DNA of 64,000 bases. It comes from Nitrospirota bacterium (GTDB lineage: Bacteria; Nitrospirota; Thermodesulfovibrionia; Thermodesulfovibrionales; JdFR-86). The stretch is from positions 768,001-832,000 of the forward strand of contig CAVRJY010000001.1 in NCBI GenBank assembly GCA_963721805.1, in the 5' to 3' direction. Below the pieces are notes generated by a model. That model did not search any database, was not told where the DNA came from, and worked only from the letters and a program-made list of their open reading frames with translations. A program made the position numbers and the translations under genes. This document shows, piece by piece, positions 39,627 to 48,586 of the stretch (positions are counted from its first letter, which is position 1; each line of letters opens with the position of its first letter).

Positions 39627-41532
39627 ATGGGCAGACATGACGATTTCGCTACGCAAGGCCTCTTGCGATTGCGGCGGCTTCTGGGCCAGGGCAGCCGAGG
39701 CCATAGACTGGAACAAAAAATGGGACACCGTGCTGGACGACTCGAACCCGCCGTTTTACCGCTGGTTTCAGGGCGGCGAGCTCAACACCTGCTATAACGC
39801 CCTTGACCGCCACGTCGAGCGGGGCCGCGCGGACCAGGTCGCGCTCATATACGACAGCCCGGTGACGAACACGATCGAAAAGTTTACTTACGCGGAGCTG
39901 CTTGATAAGGTCGCCTCATTTGCCGGCGCGCTCAAGGGGCTCGGTGTGGTGAAGGGCGACACGGTCGTGATCTACATGCCGATGATCCCCGAGGCGGTCG
40001 TGGCGATGCTCGCCTGCGCGAGGCTCGGCGCGGTGCATTCGGTCGTCTTCGGCGGGTTCGCCCCGCATGAGCTCGCCCTGCGCATCGACGACGCCAGGCC
40101 GAGGGTCGTCGTCTCGGCCTCGGGCGCGATAGAGGTGACGCGCATTATCGAGTACAAGCCGCTTCTCGATAAGGCCATCGACCTTGCCGACTCACAAGCC
40201 CGAGCGAGTGCGTGATATTCCAGCGCTCGCACGTGAAGGCGTCGCTGAAGCAGGGCCGCGACCTCGACTGGGACCGAGCTTGTCTCGAAGTCCGAGCCTG
40301 CCGGGTGCGTGCCCGTGCTCGCGACCGACCCGCTTTATATCCTCTATACCTCTGGCACGACCGGCAAGCCCAAGGGCGTGATGCGCGACAACGGCGGGCA
40401 TGCGGTCGCGCTCCGCTGGAGCATGGAGAACATCTACGACGTACACCCGGGCGACGTGTTCTGGTCCGCCTCGGACGTGGGCTGGGTCGTTGGGCACTCA
40501 TATATCGTCTACGGCCCTCTGCTTACGGGCTGCACCACCGTGCTCTACGAGGGCAAGTCCGTCGGCACGCCAAACCCCGGCGCCTTCTGGCGCGTGATCG
40601 CGCAGCACGGCGTCAAGGTGATGTTCACCGCGCCGACCGCGTTTAGGGCGATCAAGAAAGAGGACCCCGAGGGCAGGTACGCGGCTGACTATGACCTGAC
40701 TGAGTTCAAGTACCTGTTCCTGGCCGGGGAGCGGCTCGACCCGGACACTTACCACTGGGCATCGAGGATCCTGCGCCGGCCAGTGATCGACCACTGGTGG
40801 CAGACCGAGACCGGATGGCCGATAGCCTCAAACTGCATGGGGATCGAGCAGTTCCCGATCAAGCCCGGCTCTCCGTCGAAGGCCGTGCCGGGCTTCGACG
40901 TCAGGATCGTGGACGGCGAAGGCAGGGAGCTGGGCCCCCATCAGGAGGGAAACATAGTAATCAAGCTCCCGCTGCCGCCGGGCACCCTGCCGACGCTCTG
41001 GATGGATGACCGCCGATTCGTCGAGTCATACCTCAGCACATACCCCGGCTATTACCTGACTAGCGATGGCGGCTACATGGACGAGGACGGTTATCTATTC
41101 GTGATGGGCCGCGTCGACGACGTGATAAACGTGGCCGGCCACAGGCTCTCGACCGGCGAGATGGAGGAGGTCATCGCCACGCACCCGATGGTGGCCGAGT
41201 GCGCCGTGATCGGCGCGGCCGACTCGCTTAAGGGCCAGCTACCGCTGGGCCTGATCGTGCTTAAGTCCGGGGCGGTCACGGACGAAGAGTCGCTGGGCAG
41301 GGAACTGACACGCATGATCCGCGACCAGATCGGCCCGATCGCGTGCTACAAGACCACCGCGATAGTAAGCAGGCTCCCAAAGACGCGCTCCGGCAAGATA
41401 CTGCGAAGCACGATGCGCAAGATCGCAGACGGGGCCGACTTCGCGGTGCCCTCTACTATCGACGACCCCGCGATACTGGACGAAATCGGCAGGGACCTGA
41501 GGCGCGCCGGGTACCCCGCGTGCAAGAAATAG
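39627..41532 (+). CDS. prpE: Propionyl/acetyl-CoA synthetase (AMP-forming) with at least four frameshifts (sequencing error or pseudogene)
   Basis: WF.GGELNTCYNALDRH, LYTSGTTGKPKG, DHWWQTETG, GR.DDVINVAGHR, LPKTRSGK; extra bases near 39650, 40189, 40205, 40275. Confidence 0.85.
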
Positions 41533-41603
41533 CCTAAGGCAAGCGCCGGCAGAGACTGAGGCACTTAACGGCACTTGCATCATGGCGGCACCTAAAAATA
41601 TCT

Positions 41604-41622
41604 TAACAAAAATATTTTGTTA
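41604..41622. promoter_or_regulatory. Palindromic operator upstream of the HTH regulator
   Basis: TAACAAAA-ATA-TTTTGTTA overlapping TTAACA-N18-TATTCT. Confidence 0.65.
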
Positions 41623-41638
41623 GTGGTATTCTAGATGC

Positions 41639-42269
41639 ATGGTTCAATTTTTAGATGAGAGCCCGATGCGACAGAAGATCCTTCTTCTGCTGAAGAAATC
41701 CGAGAGGTTGAGCATGGCCGATCTCGGCCGCGAGACCTGCATCACTCCCTATGGCCGTCCGTCAGCACCTGATGGCCCTCGAGAGAAAAGGCATCGTCAC
41801 GCGCAGCGCGAAGAACAACGGTGTCGGCCGCCCGATATACGTCTATTCGCTCACCGAGAAGGGCACCGGCATCTTCCCCCACGCATACGTGAAGTTCTGC
41901 CTCGACATCCTGCGCCTGATCGAGAAAGACCGCGGCCGAGACGGCGTGATCGAGCTGCTCAAGGCCCGGAGCGCCGAGAGCTGCGACGAGCTCCTCAGGG
42001 TCTGCCCGCGCCACTGCACGTGCACTGAAAAGGTTTCCAATTTTCTTGAGCACAAGAACTCCAAGGGCGGCATGGCCGAGGCCAAGAAGGTCGGCGACAC
42101 GCACGTGATCGATATCTACAACTGCATTATCTCCGAGGTCGCGCACAGGTATCCCGAGGTCTGCAAGTTCGAGCTCGATGCCATGAAGGGGGTCTTCGGC
42201 CGCGGCATCAAGCTCGAATACCACATGTTCGACGGGTTCGCCGCCTGCCGTTTTACGGTCCCCTGCTGA
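41639..42269 (+). CDS. SufR-like (ArsR/HTH) transcriptional regulator; +1 frameshift at about 41748
   Basis: R.KIL.LLK, ITP-MAVRQHL..LE..G.V, GRP..VY.LTEKG...FP..Y; C-terminal YNC..CKFE..ACRF. Confidence 0.8.
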
Positions 42270-42292
42270 CGCCGTCAGCCCGCCGCCTGCCC

Positions 42293-43615
42293 CTACAGGA
42301 CGTTGACGCCCTTCTTCTTCCGCGCGCTCTCGACCTCTTCGCGCTTGGCCTCGTAGCCCTCGCGCCCCATCATGCCGTATGTGAAGTTCTTGCCCTCCTC
42401 GACCGAGGGCTGGTTGAAGGGGTTGACGCCGTACAGGAACCCGGCGTATGCCGTGGCGATCTCGAAAAAGTAAAAGAGCTGCCCCAGGTGGTATGCGTCT
42501 ATTCGGGGCACGGTGATCGTCATGTTCGGCCTGCCGTTCTTGGCCAGGCACAGCTCGGTGGATTCCTCCTCGGCGTTCATGAGCTCGGCGAAGCTCCTGC
42601 CGCAGAGATACCCAAGCCCGCTTTTCTCGAACACCTTGGGTATGGTCACGTCCGCGCCGTGGTCTTCGACCTTGATGAACACGATCACCTTGTCCTCGGG
42701 CCCCTCCATCCAGAGCTGAAGCTGCGAGTGCTGGTCCGTGGTGCCCACCGAGGGGTAGGGCGTCGTGCCCATCCCGAGCTTCCCGAGGCTCTCGGCCCAG
42801 AGCTGGCAGAACCACTCCGAGAGGGGTTTTAAGCGGTCCGAGTATGGGATCATGACGTTTATGTTGCGCCGCTCCTCGACGTCCATCAGGTAGAGGATCG
42901 TCGCGAAGAGGTAGGCGGGGTTTTTCATTACATCCGGCTCGGAGCACCGCGAGTGCATATCGCGGGCGCCCCTGAGCATTTCGTCCGAGGATATGCCGGC
43001 GACCTCGGCGGGCAGCAGCCCCACGGGGCACAGGACCGAGTACCGCCCCCCGACGCCCGATGGCACCGGGAGAGAGCGCATCTTGAGTTCCTTGACGAGC
43101 TTTCTGAGGTACCCCTTCTCGGGGTCCGTGGTGCAGACGATCCGGTCCGCATGGTCGCGCATGCGGTCGTAGAGCACCATGAACGAGGCCATGGTCTCGG
43201 CCGTGCTGCCGGACTTTGTCACGGTGTTTACGAAGGTGGTTTTCAGATCCACGGCAGAGAGGATGTTGCTGAGCGTCATCGGGTCTACGTTGTCGAATAT
43301 GAATATGCGGGGTGTTCTCAGGATGTTGTGCATCGGGCTTAGCGCCTCGATGATCGTCTTGGGCCCGAGCGCCGAGCCTCCGATGCCCAGGTGCACGAAG
43401 TCGGTCGCATCGGTGCGTATCCGCGCGGCGAGCTCCTTGATCTCGGCGAGGTCCTGGCTGATCAGGTCCATGAAAGCGAGTTCAGGCCTGCTCCGGCCGG
43501 CGATTTCGGCGTGCGCCTTGGCGGCCTTCTCGCGCACCGCGTCTATCCGGGATTTCTCGATGCCTTTTTCGCCGATGATATCAGAGAGGACGTTGGTGTA
43601 GTTCAGGCCGAGCAT
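42293..43615 (-). CDS. pgi: Glucose-6-phosphate isomerase
   Basis: GIGGSALG, TKSGSTAE, VGGRYS, QLWAESLGK, DQHSQLQ, NPFNQPSVE.GK. Confidence 0.96.
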   Translation of the reverse strand: MLGLNYTNVLSDIIGEKGIEKSRIDAVREKAAKAHAEIAGRSRPELAFMDLISQDLAEIKELAARIRTDATDFVHLGIGGSALGPKTIIEALSPMHNILRTPRIFIFDNVDPMTLSNILSAVDLKTTFVNTVTKSGSTAETMASFMVLYDRMRDHADRIVCTTDPEKGYLRKLVKELKMRSLPVPSGVGGRYSVLCPVGLLPAEVAGISSDEMLRGARDMHSRCSEPDVMKNPAYLFATILYLMDVEERRNINVMIPYSDRLKPLSEWFCQLWAESLGKLGMGTTPYPSVGTTDQHSQLQLWMEGPEDKVIVFIKVEDHGADVTIPKVFEKSGLGYLCGRSFAELMNAEEESTELCLAKNGRPNMTITVPRIDAYHLGQLFYFFEIATAYAGFLYGVNPFNQPSVEEGKNFTYGMMGREGYEAKREEVESARKKKGVNVL

Positions 43616-43677
43616 TATATTGGATAACCTCCCAGGGACCGGAAATTTGGGGAACTCCCCCCCCGATCCCGATTATA

Positions 43678-44031
43678 TCACGCGCCGCCGCGGCGCGTTG
43701 AGAAAAACCCCTCTGTAACCGTGCAGGTGAGCACCACGGTGAAACCGACCAGCAGCCCCACGAGGTGCACCGTGCGCGTCAGGGCCAGGAGCACTATCAC
43801 CGCGCCAAGCGCGAGCAGCCGTACGAGGCTCCGGACCATTATGCGCGCCTTGGGGTCGGGCTCGGACGTGAGGGCCTCGAGCCCGCGGGCCATGCCGCGG
43901 AGGTTGAGCATCCCGAGCACCCCGCCCGCGATCACCCCGGCCGGGAACCGCCAGCCTCCGTATACGAGGCCGAGGGCCGCGAAGACGAGCGTGCCGACCG
44001 TTGCGTTCCTATAGATCCTTTTTAGATTCAC
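43678..44031 (-). CDS. atpI: ATP synthase protein I-like membrane protein
   Basis: Four TM segments, GG.LG.LN, RL, GLLVGFTV; overlaps atpZ. Confidence 0.7.
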   Translation of the reverse strand: MNLKRIYRNATVGTLVFAALGLVYGGWRFPAGVIAGGVLGMLNLRGMARGLEALTSEPDPKARIMVRSLVRLLALGAVIVLLALTRTVHLVGLLVGFTVVLTCTVTEGFFSTRRGGA

Positions 44032-44263
44032 CGTTGTCCTGCTTGGATTGACCGTTATCCTGCTTTGCAAAACGGAACAGGTCTCGAAACCCGGCGACTA
44101 TGCCGAGGCACAGAAATACCCATTTCAGCCATGATGTCTTCAGGAAGCTGTCCAGGAAATACCCGATCCCAAACCCGACGAATGTCGATACGACGAGGTG
44201 GATCCCAACCATGCTGGCATTCAGCAGGCCTTTCATCACCGATCTGTCAAACCACGTTCCCAT
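44009..44263 (-). CDS. atpZ: AtpZ/AtpR-family (ATPase gene 1) protein
   Basis: S.VGI.LV.ST.VG..IGYFLD..L.T, LGIVAGFR. Confidence 0.82.
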   Translation of the reverse strand: MGTWFDRSVMKGLLNASMVGIHLVVSTFVGFGIGYFLDSFLKTSWLKWVFLCLGIVAGFRDLFRFAKQDNGQSKQDNGESKKDL

Positions 44264-44282
44264 AGCGTGCCCCTATCATAAC

Positions 44283-44320
44283 AAAAAAAGCGCGGGGGCG
44301 ATTCGCCGCCCCCGCGCTTT
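44283..44320 (-). terminator. Intrinsic terminator after the multiheme cytochrome
   Basis: AAAGCGCGGGGGCG/CGCCCCCGCGCTTT stem with U-tract on the minus strand. Confidence 0.85.
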
Positions 44321-44344
44321 AAGGCATCGTTGTCCAGGTCCCGG

Positions 44345-45334
44345 TTATTTCAGGAACTTCTGCGGGTCCTTGACCGCCGGGTGGCACTGGGTGCATTTCG
44401 CTGAATTCAGTACGTCAGGCTGCACCACCCAGAGGTGGGGCTTGTGGCAGTCGAGGCACTTGTTCATGCCCATGCCGAAGTGCAGGCCGTGCTTGCCCTT
44501 CTTAGCCATGCCCTGGTGGCAGTTCTCGCAGTCCTTCTGCGTGAGCTTCAGCTGGGTGTGCGGCTTGTGGCAGTCGCCGCAGGGATAGAGCATAGGGCTG
44601 CGCTCCGTGAACTTGATCCTCGTGGCCGCGTTGATCATTGCGAGCTCCGGCGGGTATGTCCTGGAGATGTCCTTGCGCGTGGCCATGATCTTGGCGCGCG
44701 TCTCGTCGTCGCCGTGGCACGAGAGGCACTTCTCGCGGTCGGGCTGCGCGATCTTCAGCGACCTGACGTTATGGCAGTCGAGGCACGGGACGTGCTCCAT
44801 CATCTGGCAGCTGGGGTCGCCGGCGCACTTCTTCTTGTCGCCGTGGCAGTTGGCGCAGAGCGTGACTATCGGCTCGAACTTGTGGATGATCTTGCCGTGG
44901 CACTCCACGCACTCGCGCTTCTTGAACCCGGCGTGTTTTTCGTGGAACGGGTTGTCGGTGATCGTCGGCGCCTGCGGGTACCGCGGGTCCTTGTCCACGT
45001 GGCAGTTCTCGCAGACATGGGTGCCGACGATGATCTTGCCGTGGCGCGGCGGGACCGCGCTGAGGTTCTTGAAGATGAAGCTGTGCATGAGGCCGACCAT
45101 CTCTATAGGCGCGAGGTGGTGGCACTCGTGACAGTTGATGCCCTTGTGCGAGCTCATGCTCCAGGCATCCCAGGCGTTCTTCATCAGGTGGCAGGATACG
45201 CAGAAGTTCGGGTCGTCCTGCGTGTACCTGTAAAACTTGTAGTTGACTACCCCGGCGATCAGGATCAGAATAGCGAGCGTGATGGCCAGGTTCCGTTTGG
45301 TCTTCTTCGACCACCTATCAAAAAACTTAAACAT
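44345..45334 (-). CDS. Membrane-anchored multiheme cytochrome c (11 CxxCH) with NapC/NirT-like N-terminus
   Basis: TM helix, T.DDPNFCVSCH.M..AW..W..SSH; 11 CxxCH counted in 329 aa. Confidence 0.9.
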   Translation of the reverse strand: MFKFFDRWSKKTKRNLAITLAILILIAGVVNYKFYRYTQDDPNFCVSCHLMKNAWDAWSMSSHKGINCHECHHLAPIEMVGLMHSFIFKNLSAVPPRHGKIIVGTHVCENCHVDKDPRYPQAPTITDNPFHEKHAGFKKRECVECHGKIIHKFEPIVTLCANCHGDKKKCAGDPSCQMMEHVPCLDCHNVRSLKIAQPDREKCLSCHGDDETRAKIMATRKDISRTYPPELAMINAATRIKFTERSPMLYPCGDCHKPHTQLKLTQKDCENCHQGMAKKGKHGLHFGMGMNKCLDCHKPHLWVVQPDVLNSAKCTQCHPAVKDPQKFLK

Positions 45335-45370
45335 TCCGCCTTCCCCTTTCGGTGCTAAGTTATCCGCTAT

Positions 45371-46660
45371 TTATAAAGAACGCATGGTGTCGTAAGCCGC
45401 CCTTGCGGTTTTCTCTATATCGGCCCCGGAGTGCGCGAGCGACATGAAACCGGCCTCGAACTGGCTGGGCGCGAGGTTCACGCCGCGCCTGAGCATCCCG
45501 AGGAAGAACCTGCCGAAACGCTCCCTGTCGGCCTTGCATGCGGTCGGCCAGTCGTAGACCTCGGCATCGGTGAAATAAGTGCAGAACATCGTTCCGGCCC
45601 TGTAGAACTTCGTCGGCACGCCGGCCCGCTTCGCAGCGTCCCTGAGCCCCTCTTCCAGGGCCTCGGCCCGCTCGAGGATGCGCTCGAAGTTACCCTTTCG
45701 GGAGAGTATCTTCAAGGTCTCGATGCCCGCGGTCATCGCTATGGGGTTGCCTGACAGCGTTCCGGCCTGATAGACCGGGCCGTCAGGGGCAACCAGCTCC
45801 ATGATCTCCTTCCTGCCGCCGTAGGCTCCCACCGGGAGCCCGCCGCCGATTACCTTGCCCAGGCACGTCATGTCGGGCTTGATCCCGTAGGCCGCCTGCG
45901 CCCCGCCGTATGCAACGCGGAAGCCGGTCATCACCTCGTCGAATATGAGCACTATGCCGTGCTCCCTGGTTATCTTCCTGATGCCCTTCAAAAAACCCGG
46001 CTTAGGCAGCACGCAGCCTATGTTGCCCACGACCGGCTCGAGGATCACGCAGGCAATAGAGCGCCAGTTTTTCTTGACCATGCGCTCGAAGGCCTCGAGG
46101 TCGTTGTAGGGAAGGGTGATCGTATCCGATGCGTATGAGGCCGGAACCCCGGCGCTGTCGGGGGTGCCGAACGTAGCGAGGCCCGAGCCGGCTTTCACGA
46201 GCAGGCCGTCCGCGTGGCCGTGGTAGCAGCCCTCGAACTTTATCAGCTTATCGCGCTTCGTGAAGCCGCGCGCGACGCGTATCGCGGACATCGTGGCCTC
46301 GGTGCCGGAGTTCACCATCCGGAGCTTCTGCATCGAGGGGTAGGCCTTGATCACCATCTCGGCCAGCAGGATCTCGAGTTCGGTCGGCGCGCCGTAGCTC
46401 GTGCCGCGCTCGAGGGCCTGCTTGAGCGCGGCGATGACCTTCGGGTGGGCGTGGCCGATCACCATCGGGCCCCACGAAAGCACGTAATCTATATACGCGT
46501 TTCCGTCGATGTCATAGATCATCGAGCCCTTGGCCTTGTCGATGAAGATCGGGTTTCCGCCTACGGCCTTAAACGCCCGTACAGGGCTGTTTACGCCGCC
46601 GGGAAAGAGTTTTAAAGCCTTTTTGTAAAGCCATCTGGACCTTCGGGTAACTGTATTCAT
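45371..46660 (-). CDS. hemL: Glutamate-1-semialdehyde 2,1-aminomutase
   Basis: [53 protein letters not shown]. Confidence 0.97.
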   Translation of the reverse strand: MNTVTRRSRWLYKKALKLFPGGVNSPVRAFKAVGGNPIFIDKAKGSMIYDIDGNAYIDYVLSWGPMVIGHAHPKVIAALKQALERGTSYGAPTELEILLAEMVIKAYPSMQKLRMVNSGTEATMSAIRVARGFTKRDKLIKFEGCYHGHADGLLVKAGSGLATFGTPDSAGVPASYASDTITLPYNDLEAFERMVKKNWRSIACVILEPVVGNIGCVLPKPGFLKGIRKITREHGIVLIFDEVMTGFRVAYGGAQAAYGIKPDMTCLGKVIGGGLPVGAYGGRKEIMELVAPDGPVYQAGTLSGNPIAMTAGIETLKILSRKGNFERILERAEALEEGLRDAAKRAGVPTKFYRAGTMFCTYFTDAEVYDWPTACKADRERFGRFFLGMLRRGVNLAPSQFEAGFMSLAHSGADIEKTARAAYDTMRSL

Positions 46661-46741
46661 AACCCATAAGATTAACATTACGGCCGGATATGTGTCAAAA
46701 TAGTATTGCTTATAGGGCTATTGCATCGGGAAATGGGGGGA

Positions 46742-46773
46742 CGGCCGGAATCGGCGGCCGGAATCGGCGGCCG
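46742..46773. repeat. 13-bp tandem repeat, about 2.5 copies
   Basis: CGGCCGGAATCGG CGGCCGGAATCGG CGGCCG. Confidence 0.8.
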
Positions 46774-46796
46774 TACCGAGGGGTTTTTTTAAAGCG

Positions 46797-47120
46797 TCAG
46801 TCCTTGAAAAGGTCCTCGAATTTCTTGCGCGCGTCTTCCTTGTCCTGAGTGCCCCCGCCGCCTATCGAGAGATCTCCGCCCCGAGCCCCGCGCGACTTCG
46901 GAGCGCTGTCTCTGAACTCGAAGAACTCGCAGAAGTTCGCCCGGTCACGCGTGCGCTGGTGCTCGGCCCTGGGCTCGGCGCACTGGTTGTGGCTGCTCGG
47001 GGCGTGAAACCGGCAGTTGATGCAGATGTGAAGGTCTCCACCGCACTGCGGGCAGGTCGCCTTGTGAGAGACGAACCTCTCGATGCTGACTTCCTTGCCG
47101 CACATCACGCACACCTTCAT
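46797..47120 (-). CDS. Small 8-Cys zinc-ribbon-like hypothetical protein
   Basis: CVMC, CPQC, CINC, C, NFC; RBS GAGGAGG; promoter upstream. Confidence 0.8.
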   Translation of the reverse strand: MKVCVMCGKEVSIERFVSHKATCPQCGGDLHICINCRFHAPSSHNQCAEPRAEHQRTRDRANFCEFFEFRDSAPKSRGARGGDLSIGGGGTQDKEDARKKFEDLFKD

Positions 47121-47158
47121 CCCGAAGCCCTCCTCATGGCACATTGACCACGAAAGGC

Positions 47159-47187
47159 ATTATATCCATTCCCCCTCCCCAATTCAA
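47159..47187 (-). promoter_or_regulatory. Sigma70 promoter whose -35 overlaps the end of the repeat element
   Basis: Minus strand TTGAAT-N17-TATAAT. Confidence 0.7.
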
Positions 47188-47442
47188 GGGGCCGACTGGC
47201 CCCTCTCCCTATTCGCAGGGTCACAGACCCCTCTCACAATTCGCGCCACAGCGCTCATCTCTAATCAAAGCTGTTGACCTTCGGGGCGCGGGGGGCTTCC
47301 GTTATCCTCGCCCCCCGAAAGCGCGCCCAAATCGGCTTCAGACAAGGCAGGGCGAGAAGACCGTCCGATGGTGTACTGTGACGTACATAGAGGGCGAGTC
47401 TTTGATGCCCAACGCAGTATCAAGCGATTTGGGCGCGCTTTC
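47185..47442 (-). repeat. Structured dispersed repeat, copy 1 (MITE/REPIN-like or ncRNA)
   Basis: Reverse complement aligns over about 250 bp with 58041-58289; 126-bp imperfect palindrome at 47317-47442. Confidence 0.85.
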
Positions 47443-47514
47443 AATAGGTGCTAAACCTTGATTGCAATAGGTTATTGCTGTTAATATATACGTTCAACGG
47501 GGGTATATACGGCC

Positions 47515-48582
47515 ATGGACGAACTCAAAAAGCTCAGGCAGGGCATCGACAAGATCGACGAGGAGATACTCGGCGCCCTAAACCGCCGCGCCAAGGTGGT
47601 GCTCGAGGTCGCGAAGATCAAGCGCTCGGCGAACGCGAAGTTCTACTCCCCGCTGAGGGAGCAGGAGATAATAGACCGTCTGAGGGGCATCAACAAGGGG
47701 CCTTTCCCTAACAGCGCCCTGAGGCCGGTCTTCCGCGAGATCATGTCCGCGTCCCTGTCGATAGAAAGCCCGCTTAAGATCGCGTTTTTCGGCCCGCAGG
47801 CCACGTTTACGCACCTGGCTGCGCTGCGCCACTTCGGCTCGTCCATGGAGTTCGTCCCTTTCGGGAACATAAGGGGCGTCTTCGATGCGGTCGAGACCGG
47901 CAAGGCCGACTTCGGAGTGGTCCCGGTCGAGAACTCAAGCGAGGGCGTGGTGAGCTACACGCTCGACATGTTCATGGACTATGACCTTAAGATCAGCTCG
48001 GAGGTGATGCTCGAGATAGCCGAAAACCTGCTTTCGAAGACCGGCGACCGCTCGAAGATCAAGAAGATTTACTCGCACCCCCAGCCTATAGGCCAGTGCC
48101 GCAACTGGCTCGATACGAACATGCCGGGCATCCCCGTGCTCGAAAGCTCGAGCACCGCTGCCGCGGCCGAACTCGCGGCCAAGGACCCGAGTGTCGCTGC
48201 GATTGCCAGCGAGCTCGCGGCCAAGATATACGACCTGCACTTCGTCGAGCGGCATATCGAGGACAGCAGGAGCAACTTCACGCGGTTTCTAGTGATCGGC
48301 AAGGAGCCGACCCCGCGCACGGGGCACGACAAGACCTCGATCATGTTCTCGATCAAGGACCGCGCCGGGGCGCTCTATGACATGCTCTCGCCCTTTAAGA
48401 AGGCGAAGATCAACCTCACGAAGATCGAGTCGCGGCCATCGAAGCGCAAGGCCTGGGAGTATATCTTCTTCGTCGACATGGCCGGGCATATCGAGGACCG
48501 GAAGGTCAGGCGCGCGATAGACGAGATGACAGAGACCTGCCTGTTTCTGAAGATCCTCGGGTCGTACCCGTGCGGGGAGTGA
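47515..48582 (+). CDS. pheA: Chorismate mutase/prephenate dehydratase
   Basis: LR..ID.ID, GP..TF, VPVENS.EG, SHPQ..GQC, NFTRF, LTKIESRP. Confidence 0.96.
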   Translation: MDELKKLRQGIDKIDEEILGALNRRAKVVLEVAKIKRSANAKFYSPLREQEIIDRLRGINKGPFPNSALRPVFREIMSASLSIESPLKIAFFGPQATFTHLAALRHFGSSMEFVPFGNIRGVFDAVETGKADFGVVPVENSSEGVVSYTLDMFMDYDLKISSEVMLEIAENLLSKTGDRSKIKKIYSHPQPIGQCRNWLDTNMPGIPVLESSSTAAAAELAAKDPSVAAIASELAAKIYDLHFVERHIEDSRSNFTRFLVIGKEPTPRTGHDKTSIMFSIKDRAGALYDMLSPFKKAKINLTKIESRPSKRKAWEYIFFVDMAGHIEDRKVRRAIDEMTETCLFLKILGSYPCGE

Positions 48583-48586
48583 CGCG

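Noticed and set aside
46742..46773. CRISPR array
   Set aside because: Contiguous 13-bp repeats without spacers, and no cas genes in the window.
47238..47262. Hammerhead-like GAUGAG-stem-CGAA on the minus strand within the repeat
   Set aside because: It lacks the CUGA and GAAA core nucleotides, the GAUGA is not kept in copy 2, and no stem I/III with a cleavage triplet was found.
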